Of a stretch of 64,000 nt of DNA, positions 17,191-28,100 are shown piece by piece; the stretch's first letter is position 1, and each line of letters begins with the position of its first letter. The notes below the pieces were generated by a model, which saw only the letters and a program-made list of their open reading frames with translations, did no database searches and was not told where the DNA came from. The DNA lies in assembly GCA_963665665.1 (NCBI GenBank), contig OY762428.1, forward strand, positions 224,001 through 288,000, written 5' to 3'. The position numbers were made by a program, and so were the translations under genes. The DNA comes from Candidatus Kapaibacterium sp. GTDB taxonomy: Bacteria > Bacteroidota > Ignavibacteria > Kapaibacteriales > UBA2268.

Positions 17191-18429
17191 TTATGCTCCC
17201 ACTACTTCGGTAACCTTCCTGGCTGCTTCTTCGAATGTTGTAGCAACCTTGAATTCCATACCGGAATTTTTAAGTGTTTCAGCGCCCTCAACGGCATTGG
17301 TTCCATCCAAACGAACAATAACAGGTGCATCAACCTGTACTGTCTTCAGTGCTTCCACAATACCGTCTGCAACTTTGTCGCAGCGAACGATACCGCCAAA
17401 AATATTTATCAGAACAGCTTTCACGTTAGGATCGCTCATCATAATCCTGAAAGCATTGGAAATTCTCTGTACATTTGCGCCGCCGCCTACATCAAGGAAG
17501 TTTGCAGGTTCGCCGCCGGATAATTTAATAAGATCCATTGTGGACATTGCAAGGCCGGCACCATTTACCATACAGCCAACATTACCATCGAGCTTGATAT
17601 AGTTCAAATCAAATTTCGAAGCTTCCACTTCAAGCGGGTCTTCTTCGCTTTCATCCCTGAGTTCCAAATAGTCGGGATGGCGGAACATTGCATTATCGTC
17701 AAAATTCATTTTGGCGTCAAGAGCAATCATTTCACCATCAGTTGTCAGTACCAGAGGATTGATCTCAAGAAGGCTGCAATCCAGTTCTTCGTAAGCTTTT
17801 GAAAGGTTCTTAATGAAAGGTATGAAATTTTTCAGTGCCAAACCGCTTAAACCAAGGCCGAAACCAAGTTTTCTTGCCTGGAAATCATCAAGATGGCCGC
17901 CCGGTTTAACCTGTTCTTTCAGGATTAGCTCAGGTGTTTCAGCGGCAACTTTCTCTATTTCCACACCACCTTCGGTTGATACCATGATTGTATTCATGCC
18001 TGACTGTCTGTCCAGAACGATACCTGCGTAAAATTCTTTTTCGATACCAACGCCCTGTTCAATCAGAAGCCTTCGTACTACGCTTCCGGCTTCTCCTGTC
18101 TGGATAGTTACAAGTTTGTTGCCGAGCATTTTTTCAGCAATCCTGTAAGCTGAATCAGCAATATTACCACCGGATATGATATTAACTCCCCTAAGGGGTT
18201 TATTACCATAAATAATTTCATTACCGGTTTCCATATCGTGGATAATACCTTTTCCACGTCCGCCGGCGTGAACCTGCGCCTTAATTACAACTGTTTCAAT
18301 ACCTTTTTCGGCAAATTCTTCGTGAGTTACTTTACCGGCATCTTCAGCATTAAAAACAACTTTGCTGAAAAGAACAGGCACATCAAATTTCTTTAAAAGT
18401 TCCTTCGCTTGATATTCATGAATTTTCAT
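17191..18429 (-). CDS. sucC: Succinyl-CoA ligase (ADP-forming) beta subunit
   Basis: MKIHEYQAKELL, KAQVHAGGRGKG, EINPL, GCMVNGAGLAM, ANFLDVGGG, NIFGGIVRCD. Confidence 0.97.
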   Translation of the reverse strand: MKIHEYQAKELLKKFDVPVLFSKVVFNAEDAGKVTHEEFAEKGIETVVIKAQVHAGGRGKGIIHDMETGNEIIYGNKPLRGVNIISGGNIADSAYRIAEKMLGNKLVTIQTGEAGSVVRRLLIEQGVGIEKEFYAGIVLDRQSGMNTIMVSTEGGVEIEKVAAETPELILKEQVKPGGHLDDFQARKLGFGLGLSGLALKNFIPFIKNLSKAYEELDCSLLEINPLVLTTDGEMIALDAKMNFDDNAMFRHPDYLELRDESEEDPLEVEASKFDLNYIKLDGNVGCMVNGAGLAMSTMDLIKLSGGEPANFLDVGGGANVQRISNAFRIMMSDPNVKAVLINIFGGIVRCDKVADGIVEALKTVQVDAPVIVRLDGTNAVEGAETLKNSGMEFKVATTFEEAARKVTEVVGA

Positions 18430-18619
18430 AGAAAAAACCCGGTATATTGTTAAAAATATATTTTGAATTGTCTTTTGTTCAAATTAATCTTCCCGGCAAG
18501 CGGTCGTTTTGTCTAGGCCGTCATTTTTTCACACTGCAAATTAAAAAATATTTTTTGTTTCAACTAAAAAAAATTGTCAAAAATTCACTTGTTCTTGTAT
18601 TTTAAAAGATAATCTATTG

Positions 18620-19123
18620 CTAAGAAGCATCTTCCTCTTTACTAACAACGATTAATACCTGATCGGAATCTACCTGCTCGCCTGCTTTAACATTTACTGT
18701 TTCTATAACGCCGTCGATTGAGGCGTAAAGAGTAGATTCCATTTTCATTGCCTCAACTATTATCAGCGCGTCACCTTCAGAAACTTTATCGCCCTCTTTA
18801 ACTTCCACTTTTACAACAGAACCCGGCATGGGGGGAAATATCTCTTCCCGGTCTGCGTTGGCTGCATCAGCAGTAAATGAAGTTTCCTCTTCATCAGGAA
18901 TGGAAAAATCAAATGAAAACTCACCAATTCTGACAAATATTTTATTATCTTTCAGAGCAGTATATGCATTATAATTTTTACCTCCAATATTAACCCTTAC
19001 AAGATTTTCTCCGTAACGAATAGTGGAGGCGTTGATAATTTCATCATTGATTTTAAATTCTTCCGTTGCATTGGGAGAAAGCTTTTCAATATTTATAAGT
19101 TCTTTTTTAAATAATAGTTCCAT
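18620..19123 (-). CDS. Biotin carboxyl carrier protein (BT-BCCP part of MCC alpha)
   Basis: PMPGSV...EAMKME biotinylation motif; follows the biotin carboxylase gene. Confidence 0.9.
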   Translation of the reverse strand: MELLFKKELINIEKLSPNATEEFKINDEIINASTIRYGENLVRVNIGGKNYNAYTALKDNKIFVRIGEFSFDFSIPDEEETSFTADAANADREEIFPPMPGSVVKVEVKEGDKVSEGDALIIVEAMKMESTLYASIDGVIETVNVKAGEQVDSDQVLIVVSKEEDAS

Positions 19124-19147
19124 GATAATTTCCGTTGATTTTTGAAA

Positions 19148-20629
19148 TTATATTTCCCATTCGCCAATTTCCTGCCACGGTTCGGGTATTGAGTTATCAT
19201 CCGAAACTGCAAAAGATTTTTTCTGATTTTTAATTGTGCTGAAAGCTGCAATCATTGCTGCTTTACTAATATCATCCTGAGGTTCGCCAACATTTGGCAT
19301 GTGCTTTTCGATGAAGTCTGTAAAGGTATTGCCATTGATAAATTCAGGATGTTCCAATGCCTGTTTCATGAATGCTATTGAAGTTTTTACACCGAGAAGA
19401 ATGTTCTCTTTCAGGGCAGAGATCATTTTCAATCTGGCTTCTTCTCTGTCTGCACCGTAAGTGATAAGCTTGGCCATTACAGGATCATAAAATACCGGAA
19501 CTTCCGATCCGCTGTAAACGCCCGTATCATATCTAATACCTGGGCCTACCGGTTCTTTAACAAAAAGCAGGTCGCCTGATGAGGGCATGAAATTGTTTTC
19601 GTCGTCTTCGGCATAGATCCGGCATTCGATAGCGTGGCCGCGCTGGCTAAGTTCTTCCTGTTTAAATGGCATTTTCCCGCCGAAGGCAAGATCAATTTGA
19701 AGTTTCAGTAAATCAACTCCCGTCACCATTTCCGTAATCGGATGTTCAACCTGGATTCTTGTATTAACTTCCAGGAAGTAGAAATTTCTATCATTGTCCA
19801 GAAGAAATTCAACCGTGCCTACATTATTATAATTTGCAGCTGCAACAACGCGGATAGCTGTTTCTCCCATTTTCTTTCTTAATTCAGGATCCAGGGCAAC
19901 CGAGGGACTTTCTTCAATTATTTTCTGATGCCGCCTTTGTATCGAGCATTCCCTTTCGAACAGGTAAACTGCATTGCCGTAATCGTCTGCTGCCACCTGA
20001 ATTTCCACATGACGTGGAGATTCAATATATTTTTCAAGAAAAACTTCGTCGCTGCCAAAGGCAGAAAGCGCTTCTCTCATGGCTCCTTCAACAGCAGCTG
20101 CCAGTTCTTTGGATTCCCTTACTACCCGCATTCCCTTTCCACCGCCTCCGGCAGAAGCCTTAATTAAAACAGGGAATCCCATTTCTTCAGCAAGTTTCTC
20201 GTAATCAGATATTTCTTTGGAACTGCCTTTCATTCCGGGAATTACCGGCACGCCGGAATCAATCATAACTTTTCGTGATGCTGTTTTCGATCCGAGAAGG
20301 CTTACAGGCTCCGGTTTGGGCCCGATAAATATAAGTCCGGCATCGCGAACTTTCTGATTAAATTCGGCATTTTCCGCCAGGAATCCGTAACCCGGATGTA
20401 TAGCATCAGCTCCGGTATCAAGGGCTGCCTGAATAATTGCTTCCATTTTTAAATACGAATCTTTTGCAGGAGCCGGGCCAATACAGACTGCCTCGTCGGC
20501 AAGTATCACATGTAATGCTTTTTCGTCTGCTTCGGAATAGACTGCCACAGTTTCATGGCCAAGTTCCCTGCATGCCCGAATAATTCGGCAGGCTATTTCG
20601 CTCCGGTTAGCTATGAGGATTTTGTGCAT
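19148..20629 (-). CDS. Biotin carboxylase subunit, probably of 3-methylcrotonyl-CoA carboxylase
   Basis: ILIANRSEIA, HPGYGFLAEN, GGGGKGMR, ERECSIQRRHQK, EVNTRIQVEHP; in liu-like cluster. Confidence 0.92.
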   Translation of the reverse strand: MHKILIANRSEIACRIIRACRELGHETVAVYSEADEKALHVILADEAVCIGPAPAKDSYLKMEAIIQAALDTGADAIHPGYGFLAENAEFNQKVRDAGLIFIGPKPEPVSLLGSKTASRKVMIDSGVPVIPGMKGSSKEISDYEKLAEEMGFPVLIKASAGGGGKGMRVVRESKELAAAVEGAMREALSAFGSDEVFLEKYIESPRHVEIQVAADDYGNAVYLFERECSIQRRHQKIIEESPSVALDPELRKKMGETAIRVVAAANYNNVGTVEFLLDNDRNFYFLEVNTRIQVEHPITEMVTGVDLLKLQIDLAFGGKMPFKQEELSQRGHAIECRIYAEDDENNFMPSSGDLLFVKEPVGPGIRYDTGVYSGSEVPVFYDPVMAKLITYGADREEARLKMISALKENILLGVKTSIAFMKQALEHPEFINGNTFTDFIEKHMPNVGEPQDDISKAAMIAAFSTIKNQKKSFAVSDDNSIPEPWQEIGEWEI

Positions 20630-20655
20630 TTGAAACCTTCAATTTTATATTTCAA

Positions 20656-21426
20656 TTATTTTTGTTTCTTAAGAAAATTACCCATTCTTTCCTGTGCTTC
20701 ATCACTCATTCTAAGCCTGGCTATCATTCCTGCCGTATATTCCATCAGTTCCGTATGTTTAATTTTTCCGACGTCAAATATTAATTCTTTTGCTGCCCTG
20801 ACCGCATGTGGGCCTGAAGAAAGTATCAACTCTACCTTGTGATCAACAAAATTGTCAAATTCATCCGGTGGAACAGCATAATTAATCAATCCTATTTTTT
20901 CCGCGAAATGTGCGTCAAACCTTTCACCGGTAATAAATAATTCCCTGGCTCTTGAACTTCCGATCCTGCACATCACATAAGGTGAAATTACAGCCGGTAC
21001 CAGCCCCAGTTTGACTTCAGTAAATGCAAACCGCGCGGTATCAACTGCAATAACAATATCACAAACACTCATCAGCCCGGTACCTCCGCCAATGGCAGAG
21101 CCGTTCACCCTTGCAATTACAGGTATCGGGTAATTGTGTATCATGTCCATAAGTTCTGCGAGTTTTATTGAATCCTCGAAATTCTCGTCGTAGGTATAAT
21201 CAAGGACACCGCTCATCCATTTCAGGTCTGCTCCGGCACAAAATGAAGGGCCTGATCCGGTTAAAACTATACAGCGTAATCCATCGGTTTCTTTCAGTTC
21301 CCGGAATGCATCGGTCAGGTCTGCAATCAATTCCGCGTTGAAAGCATTATGAATATCCGGCCTGTTCAGTATAATCCTGGCAGTTCTTCCGGAATTTTCG
21401 ATTAATAATGTTCTATAAATGTTCAT
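20656..21426 (-). CDS. Enoyl-CoA hydratase family, probable methylglutaconyl-CoA hydratase (LiuC-like)
   Basis: LNRPDIHNAFN, FCAGADL, AIGGG.GL, TEVKLGLVPAVISPYV; start set at ATG 21426. Confidence 0.88.
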   Translation of the reverse strand: MNIYRTLLIENSGRTARIILNRPDIHNAFNAELIADLTDAFRELKETDGLRCIVLTGSGPSFCAGADLKWMSGVLDYTYDENFEDSIKLAELMDMIHNYPIPVIARVNGSAIGGGTGLMSVCDIVIAVDTARFAFTEVKLGLVPAVISPYVMCRIGSSRARELFITGERFDAHFAEKIGLINYAVPPDEFDNFVDHKVELILSSGPHAVRAAKELIFDVGKIKHTELMEYTAGMIARLRMSDEAQERMGNFLKKQK

Positions 21427-22459
21427 CTTTGTTTTGTGCTTGTGGAATATAATATGTTTTTCCCTCGGACTTTTTGTCAACTGCTTTCATAGCAATATCC
21501 TGAACCTGGTTGTAAGATTTTTCGAGCCTTTGGGAATATGTTTCTATCAATTTAGCCTGCTCGGCAATAGTTTTTTCGAGTGATTCGATCTTGGTTGTCA
21601 TTACGTTTTTCTCGCCGCTGAATTCAGCTTTTAGTAGGGATTCTTTATGCTCAGATTCCATAATGATCTTTTCAGTGGCATGCTTCACTGCCCTGTTAAT
21701 CTCTTTTTCCATTGTTACCGGGAATTTTTCTACTTCCTGCCTTAGGCTGTTTAATTCTTCTTCAGCTTTTTCAATAATTGATTCTCTTTCAGCAAGGGAT
21801 TTTTCAGTTTCCTCTTTCATTGTGGCGAGTTCTCTTTCAAGGGCTGCTTTTTCGGCTTCGAATTTATCCTTTGCCTGTTTTCTTTCCAGTTTGAAATTGT
21901 ATTCGAATTCTTCTTTCAGGCGCATTCTTTTCTTATTGTCCTCTGCTACGATTTCTTTTCTTTCAATTTCATATCCGGCTTTTTCTTTTTTCCATTCATC
22001 GCGGGTTTCTTCAATTTCTTCTTCAAGCTCATACTTTTCTTCTTCAAGTTCACTTATAAGTTCTTCTTTTTTGGCTCTTTGCGCTTCAATAATTGAGGAC
22101 AGAGTCAACGCTTCTTTTTCGATTTCATAAATTTCGCTAAGTTCGGCCTCTTTTATTTCTACTGCTCTTTTCAGCTTATCATAGTTTTTAAGTTCCTGTT
22201 CGATTCCATCGCTTACATTATTTATTAGTGCAGTAAATTCATCTTTAACAGTACTTATACTTTTAGAAAATCCTTCAGTTAATATTTTATCCGTAGATTC
22301 AATAACTTCTTTTTTCTCTTTTTCAGCTTTTTTAATTTCAGGTTTAAGCTGAGTTTTTTCTTTTTCTTTCAATTCAGTTAATAGTTGATTATACGCTTCC
22401 AGCATTTCCTTTTTGGTGTTGCTCATAGAAACTTGTTTTTCGTTTTCCTTTGCTGTCAT
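21413..22459 (-). CDS. Conserved hypothetical long coiled-coil protein
   Basis: E/K-rich heptads over about 300 aa; NTKKEMLEAY N-terminal and QVQDIAMKAV C-terminal motifs; GGAG RBS before ATG 22459. Confidence 0.8.
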   Translation of the reverse strand: MTAKENEKQVSMSNTKKEMLEAYNQLLTELKEKEKTQLKPEIKKAEKEKKEVIESTDKILTEGFSKSISTVKDEFTALINNVSDGIEQELKNYDKLKRAVEIKEAELSEIYEIEKEALTLSSIIEAQRAKKEELISELEEEKYELEEEIEETRDEWKKEKAGYEIERKEIVAEDNKKRMRLKEEFEYNFKLERKQAKDKFEAEKAALERELATMKEETEKSLAERESIIEKAEEELNSLRQEVEKFPVTMEKEINRAVKHATEKIIMESEHKESLLKAEFSGEKNVMTTKIESLEKTIAEQAKLIETYSQRLEKSYNQVQDIAMKAVDKKSEGKTYYIPQAQNKDEHL

Positions 22460-22546
22460 CTTTGATCTCCAAATAAACATCATAAAATTAAATACTAATA
22501 CCGGCTATTTTGAAATTCAAAACAGCCTTCTTACAAAATTAAATAA

Positions 22547-24154
22547 TTACATCCTGAATACGCCATATTTCTGATCCGGTATTTCCCTGTTCAAAGCCAT
22601 AGAAATGCCGAGCCCGACAACATTTCTCGTGTCAAGCGGATCGATAATACCGTCATCCCAAATCCTTGCCGAGCTGTAATAGGGTGTTGCCTCGTATTCA
22701 TATTTATCAATTATCGGTTGTCGTATTGCCTTTATCTCATCGTCTGTAAGGGTTTTTCCCGAACGTTCAAGCTGTTTGATTTTTACTGTTGCAAGAACGT
22801 CTGCCGCCTGCTCGCCGCCCATAACTGAAATTCTTCCATGCGGCCACATCCAAAGCAGGTTGGGATCATATCCACGGCCACACATTGCATAGTTGCCCGC
22901 TCCATACGAACCGCCCACTATAATAGTGAATTTGGGGACATCGGCATTTGCTACAGCGTGAACAAGCTTCGCTCCGTCGCGGGCTATTCCGCCGTGCTCG
23001 TATTTTCGCCCTACGATGAACCCGGTTATATTCTGTAGGAATAGCAGAGGAATTTTCCTGATAGTGCATAGCTCAATAAAATGCGCACCTTTCAGGCTGG
23101 ATTCAGAAAATAATACTCCATTGTTTGCAAGAATGCCTACCGGATAGCCCATTATCCTTGCAAAACCAGTGATAATTGTTGTTCCGTATGTTTCCTTAAA
23201 TTCCTGAAAACGGCTGCCGTCAACTATACGGGCAATTACTTCTCTCATGTCGAAAGGCGTGCGTATGTTTTTGGGCATAATGCCGTAAAGTTCTTTCGGG
23301 TCGTAAGCAGGCTCTTTGGGAATTTCTCTGCCTATATCAAACTTTTTCTGTTTTCCGAAGTTCTCTACAATATTCCTTGTTATTTCAAGAGCATGAGTGT
23401 CGTTCTGAGCGTAATGATCCGATACGCCTGATATCTTACAATGAACATCAGCGCCGCCGAGTTCTTCATCTGTAACAACTTCCCCGGTTGCCGCTTTCAC
23501 AAGTGGCGGCCCCCCAATAAATATAGTTGCCTGGTTTCGAACCATAATTGTTTCGTCGCTCATGGCGGGAACATAAGCACCGCCTGCAGTACAGGAACCC
23601 ATTACAACAGCTATCTGTGGTATATTTTCAGCTGACAGTCTGGCCTGGTTATAAAATATTTTGCCAAAATGGTCTCTGTCCGGAAAAGTTTCGGATTGAT
23701 GAGGAAGGAAAATTCCCCCGCTGTCAACTAAGTAAATGCAGGGAAGATGGTTCTTCAGTGCAATTTCCTGCGCACGAACATGCTTCTTAATTGTCATTGG
23801 GAAATAAGTACCGCCCTTGACTGTGGCATCGTTTGCAACAATCATACATTCTCTCCCTTTTATCACTCCAATGCCGGTTACCATTCCGGCAGAAGGGGCT
23901 GCATCGTCATACATATCATAAGCAGCAAAAGAAGAGAGTTCCAAAAAAGGAGTATTTTTATCACATAATTTTTTTATTCTGTCCCTGACAAGCATTTTAC
24001 CACGTTCTTCATGGCGTACTCTGGACTTCTCAGGCCCTCCGAGTTTTACCTTCGATAATTCATCGCGAAATTCTGCAACAATATTTTCAGAGTGTTCGAA
24101 ATTTTCCTTGTAGGCAGGTGTTTTTAACGAGATTTTTGATTGAATTTTTCTCAT
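22547..24154 (-). CDS. 3-methylcrotonyl-CoA carboxylase beta (carboxyltransferase) subunit, LiuB/MccB-like
   Basis: [63 protein letters not shown] end. Confidence 0.93.
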   Translation of the reverse strand: MRKIQSKISLKTPAYKENFEHSENIVAEFRDELSKVKLGGPEKSRVRHEERGKMLVRDRIKKLCDKNTPFLELSSFAAYDMYDDAAPSAGMVTGIGVIKGRECMIVANDATVKGGTYFPMTIKKHVRAQEIALKNHLPCIYLVDSGGIFLPHQSETFPDRDHFGKIFYNQARLSAENIPQIAVVMGSCTAGGAYVPAMSDETIMVRNQATIFIGGPPLVKAATGEVVTDEELGGADVHCKISGVSDHYAQNDTHALEITRNIVENFGKQKKFDIGREIPKEPAYDPKELYGIMPKNIRTPFDMREVIARIVDGSRFQEFKETYGTTIITGFARIMGYPVGILANNGVLFSESSLKGAHFIELCTIRKIPLLFLQNITGFIVGRKYEHGGIARDGAKLVHAVANADVPKFTIIVGGSYGAGNYAMCGRGYDPNLLWMWPHGRISVMGGEQAADVLATVKIKQLERSGKTLTDDEIKAIRQPIIDKYEYEATPYYSSARIWDDGIIDPLDTRNVVGLGISMALNREIPDQKYGVFRM

Positions 24155-24874
24155 ATATCTTCAGCTTCCGGATATTTAAGCAAAATATTTTCATTAATTA
24201 AATTGATTTTAATTACCGAACAGACATATAGAAAAGACTAATCATCGTATTGCCGGCAATAAAATAAAAAAAATTCCTGTATTAACAAGCCATAAAAGTG
24301 AATGATTGTAAATATTGACAGAATTTCAATTTTTTTTGAATATTTGTATCATTTGTGTTTTTTTTTGAAGAATATTTGAAAACAGAATTCCACTACTAAG
24401 GTCATTATTTATAAATCCGTTAATACCGACACTGACAGAATGGGGAATAATTACTATGGCCAGCCTCCTGTCAGTATTTGGCATTTGGATTATTTGGAAG
24501 AGAATGATCTGAATCTGCCAATATTTTATTCTTTGTTGTCTGCAATAATAATCTCAGATATCAGGAATCCAGTTAATTCAATTATTGTCGCTGTTTTGCT
24601 TAATACCATACACTTTCCGACCCCTTCAAAACACATGATATGCGGAACACACGAGGTGTAAAACCCTTCCGAAGGGGTTGCTTATCTGATCAATAGATAA
24701 AATTGTAAAATAAAATGCTTGTTTTGCTGTAAAAAACCAGCCCTATCTTTAGTAAAATGTCGGAAAATACGGGCGGGAATTCATCTTGTAACTAAATATT
24801 TATCACACTAAGCAAATTAAAACAAGGTTACTATTCAGTTTAACTTTGAAAATATGGAAAAACTGTATAAAGCG

Positions 24875-24963
24875 GTCATTCTGAGCGCCAGCGAAGAATC
24901 CATTCTTCAATAATTCTTTAAGAAAAAGATGGATTCTTCAGTCGCAAGCTCCTTCAGAATGAC
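24875..24963. repeat. REP-like palindromic element, copy 2 (best preserved)
   Basis: GTCATTCTGA...GAAGAATCCAT / ATGGATTCTTC...TCAGAATGAC nested inverted repeats. Confidence 0.8.
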
Positions 24964-25055
24964 GTTTTTAGGATTTTTCCTCAAAATATTAAACTATCTG
25001 AGTGGTTACAAAACAGGAAAAGCTCGCAAATCTCAGAATCAATATATTATCAAAG

Positions 25056-25089
25056 AAACATCCGATCCCCTGAAGAGACCGGATGATTT
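25056..25089 (-). terminator. Stem-loop downstream of the Omp85-family gene
   Basis: CATCCGATC-N9-GACCGGATG with A-rich left flank. Confidence 0.5.
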
Positions 25090-25116
25090 CAATTTAATAA
25101 ATTTTTGCACTAAATA

Positions 25117-28100
25117 TTAAAAATCATATCCCAGTGAGAAGAGGTATTCCGGTTTGGACCAGTTGCTGAACTCATTTCTCCAGGCAACATCCATTTTTAC
25201 CGGCATTCCCAATAGATATGTTCTGACACCAATACCCGAACTCATCATTAGATCCTGAGGGTGGCGTTTGCCATTCTCGTCAACATAGGTTGCCTTAAAA
25301 TCATCGTTGAATGCCCCGCCAACGTCAAGGAACAGTGCTCCCTGCACTCCCTGGAAAAGAATCGGTACAGGGCCGGCAAGCAGCGCCCTGAATAGCGGGA
25401 ATCTGAACTCAACATTAGATACAAAATATTTCGACCCGACTTTCTCGGCAAGTTCAAAACCACGAAGAGGATAAACAAATTCCATAAATGCAAAATCTTC
25501 CGGATTTTCGAACGGAAGAGTTGTGATAGTATAGTTTGGATTTATCCAGTTTTCGGTTCCGCCCAGGAAGAAGTTCTGCGGGTTTGGCCCGAAACTGGCT
25601 GCACCAGCTCCCCTGACGGCAATATCCATAAAGGCACCTACATGAATGTAATGCCTGAAATCTGCTTTGAATGTTGTAAACCCAATTCCCTTATCAGTTA
25701 ATTTCGGGGTTCCCTTGATTCCGACAAAATACCTGCTGCCCTTTGCCGGGCCGAAATTACCCCAGAGAACATCGTCGTGAACATAACGGAATTCCGGAAC
25801 GAACATCATCCTTGTCTGATCCTCAATTTCGATAGGATTTCCACTAATAGAAACAGGCAATGCGTTTTCTTTAGAAACATTCATCCAGGCAAGGCTTGCT
25901 TCAATTCTGTTGAACATATCAAATGGAAGTGAGCCGGTAACACCAAGGCCCCAATTCCTGAAGCGGTAAAAAGTAGTATTCCCAGTCTCTTCATATCCGG
26001 GAACCAATCCGCGAACATATCCGGCGCTGTGATAAGCATTGAAATTATAATCAATTATTTCCGGCATATAATAGTAACCAACATATATCGAGCTGTTCCT
26101 GAGATCAGTCAGGAGATTAGCCTGAGCAAATATCTGATGATCTCCCATTATATCACTGAAAAGCATTTGTGTAACGCCCTGCATTCCATAATAAGTTGAA
26201 TAACCGGGATTTGCTAAAATCAAATCCGGAGAAAATTTAACTTTATAATCTTTGATAACAAAAGTTGAATCATCATATAATCCAGCTTCTTTTCCATCTT
26301 TCGAATCTGTTCCCATAGCCTGCAAATCAGGATTGGGCTTGATAATTTCCTGCCGGGAAAATTCAATATCAAAATCGCCGTAACCTTTCAGGTCATCCTG
26401 TTCATCAAAATCTTCGATTACAACACTATTGATAATTTCTTTATTTTCAATCTGTTTTTGTCTGAATTTTGTAAGAGGCAGAGTATCAATATCAAGATTT
26501 TTCTCAAATGGATAGCGAATCATATAAATATCATATCCGGCATTTACCTGAACATTGAAGAGCAGTTTCGATGCATCAGGGGTCAGGGAAAGCTGGGAAA
26601 TTCCATTTATTGAATTTGTTTTGGGAATAATCCTGTTGGTTTTCAAATTCAATTCATAAATATTACCTATACCGTTTTTATCCGATACAAACAGCATCCT
26701 GTTATCCTTAGGCCCGACAGCGATTGATGTTTTCTGATAATCAGGATCGAAAGTCAGCCTGGTAATTTTTTTATCAGATAAATATATCCTGTAAATATCA
26801 GAACTGTAGACATTATGATTCCAAATCTGAACCTGTTTTGGTTTAATATCAGAAGCCAAATTATCTTCGCGGTCAGAGATAAAGAAAACAGATTTGGAAT
26901 CGTTAGCCCAGACAGGATAAGAATCAGAGAAAACATCGTCAGTCAGTTTTGAATATTCTTTGTTATTGATGTTGTATATAAAAATATCGCTGCGACAGTC
27001 CTGAGTGCCTACAAAGGCAATTTTATCACCATCGGGAGACCATACAACGGAGGAAATTGATTTTAGCCCGAAAGTCAGCTTATCATAATCACCATCATCA
27101 GCATCAACAATAAAAACTGCATCTTCGGGGCCTGCCTTAGCTGAAATAGCTATTTTTTTACCATCCGGAGACCAGCTTATACCAGGAGTAAGTAAATTAA
27201 GATCCTCGAAGTCCTGAGCTCTGAAACTACTAACAAGTTCCTGCCGGGATTCTTTGTTATCAATATCCTGAACGAAAACTCCGAACAATCCTTCTTCATC
27301 GGCAATGAAGGCAACTTTTTCCCCGTTCGGAGAGACAGCAGGCGAAGAATTATAAAAGTTTCCGGCCTTTTTGTGATCAGTTACGGCAACGGCAAAATCT
27401 TTCGGGTCGTCAAACACATCAAGGTCTGTCCAGTAGTATTTTTTAAGGTCTTTTTGCCATTGTTCCGAAAACTCTTCCAATTTCATATTGAAAGCGCTTC
27501 TGAAAGCAGCTTCAACATTTTTATTTATTTTAAATTTTGTAATAAGCTCCCCGATTTTTTCCGGGCCATATTTATCTGCCACATACCAGTAGAATGTCTG
27601 CCCGCCACGATAAGCAAGATAACCCGACAAATATTCAAGCGGAGGCAAATACTCGCTGATAGTAAGGTCTCGCATAAACATATCAGTTTCAGTATTCATT
27701 CCGCCAATTGATTCGAACTCGGCCAGACCTTCATTCATCCAGATTGGCAGAAATGCCTGCCCGCCCGTACTTATGGAAGTTTGCAGCGAACCGCCGTGAA
27801 GCATATCATTCAGAACGGCATGCACAAGTTCGTGGTGGATAACGTGGTCGAGCTGTGAAAAATCACCCTGAAAGGGAACCACAACCCTGTTTTTGTATAA
27901 TTCGGTAACACCGCCAACGCCTTCAGGCATAAAACTCATTATCACGTTGGTTTGCTGAAACTCGTTGTGAGAGTTATACACCATCATGGATATTCTTTTC
28001 CGTATCTTCCAGTTCAGAGTTTCCTCGATTGAAGCCAGGGCACGTTCGGCACTGTTGGCAGAGTATTTTGCTATATAGGAAGATCCTGCATCAAAATACA

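Noticed and set aside
24440-25120. Small ORFs 24440..24661 and 24929..25120
   Set aside because: No RBS or motifs; the second begins inside a REP arm.
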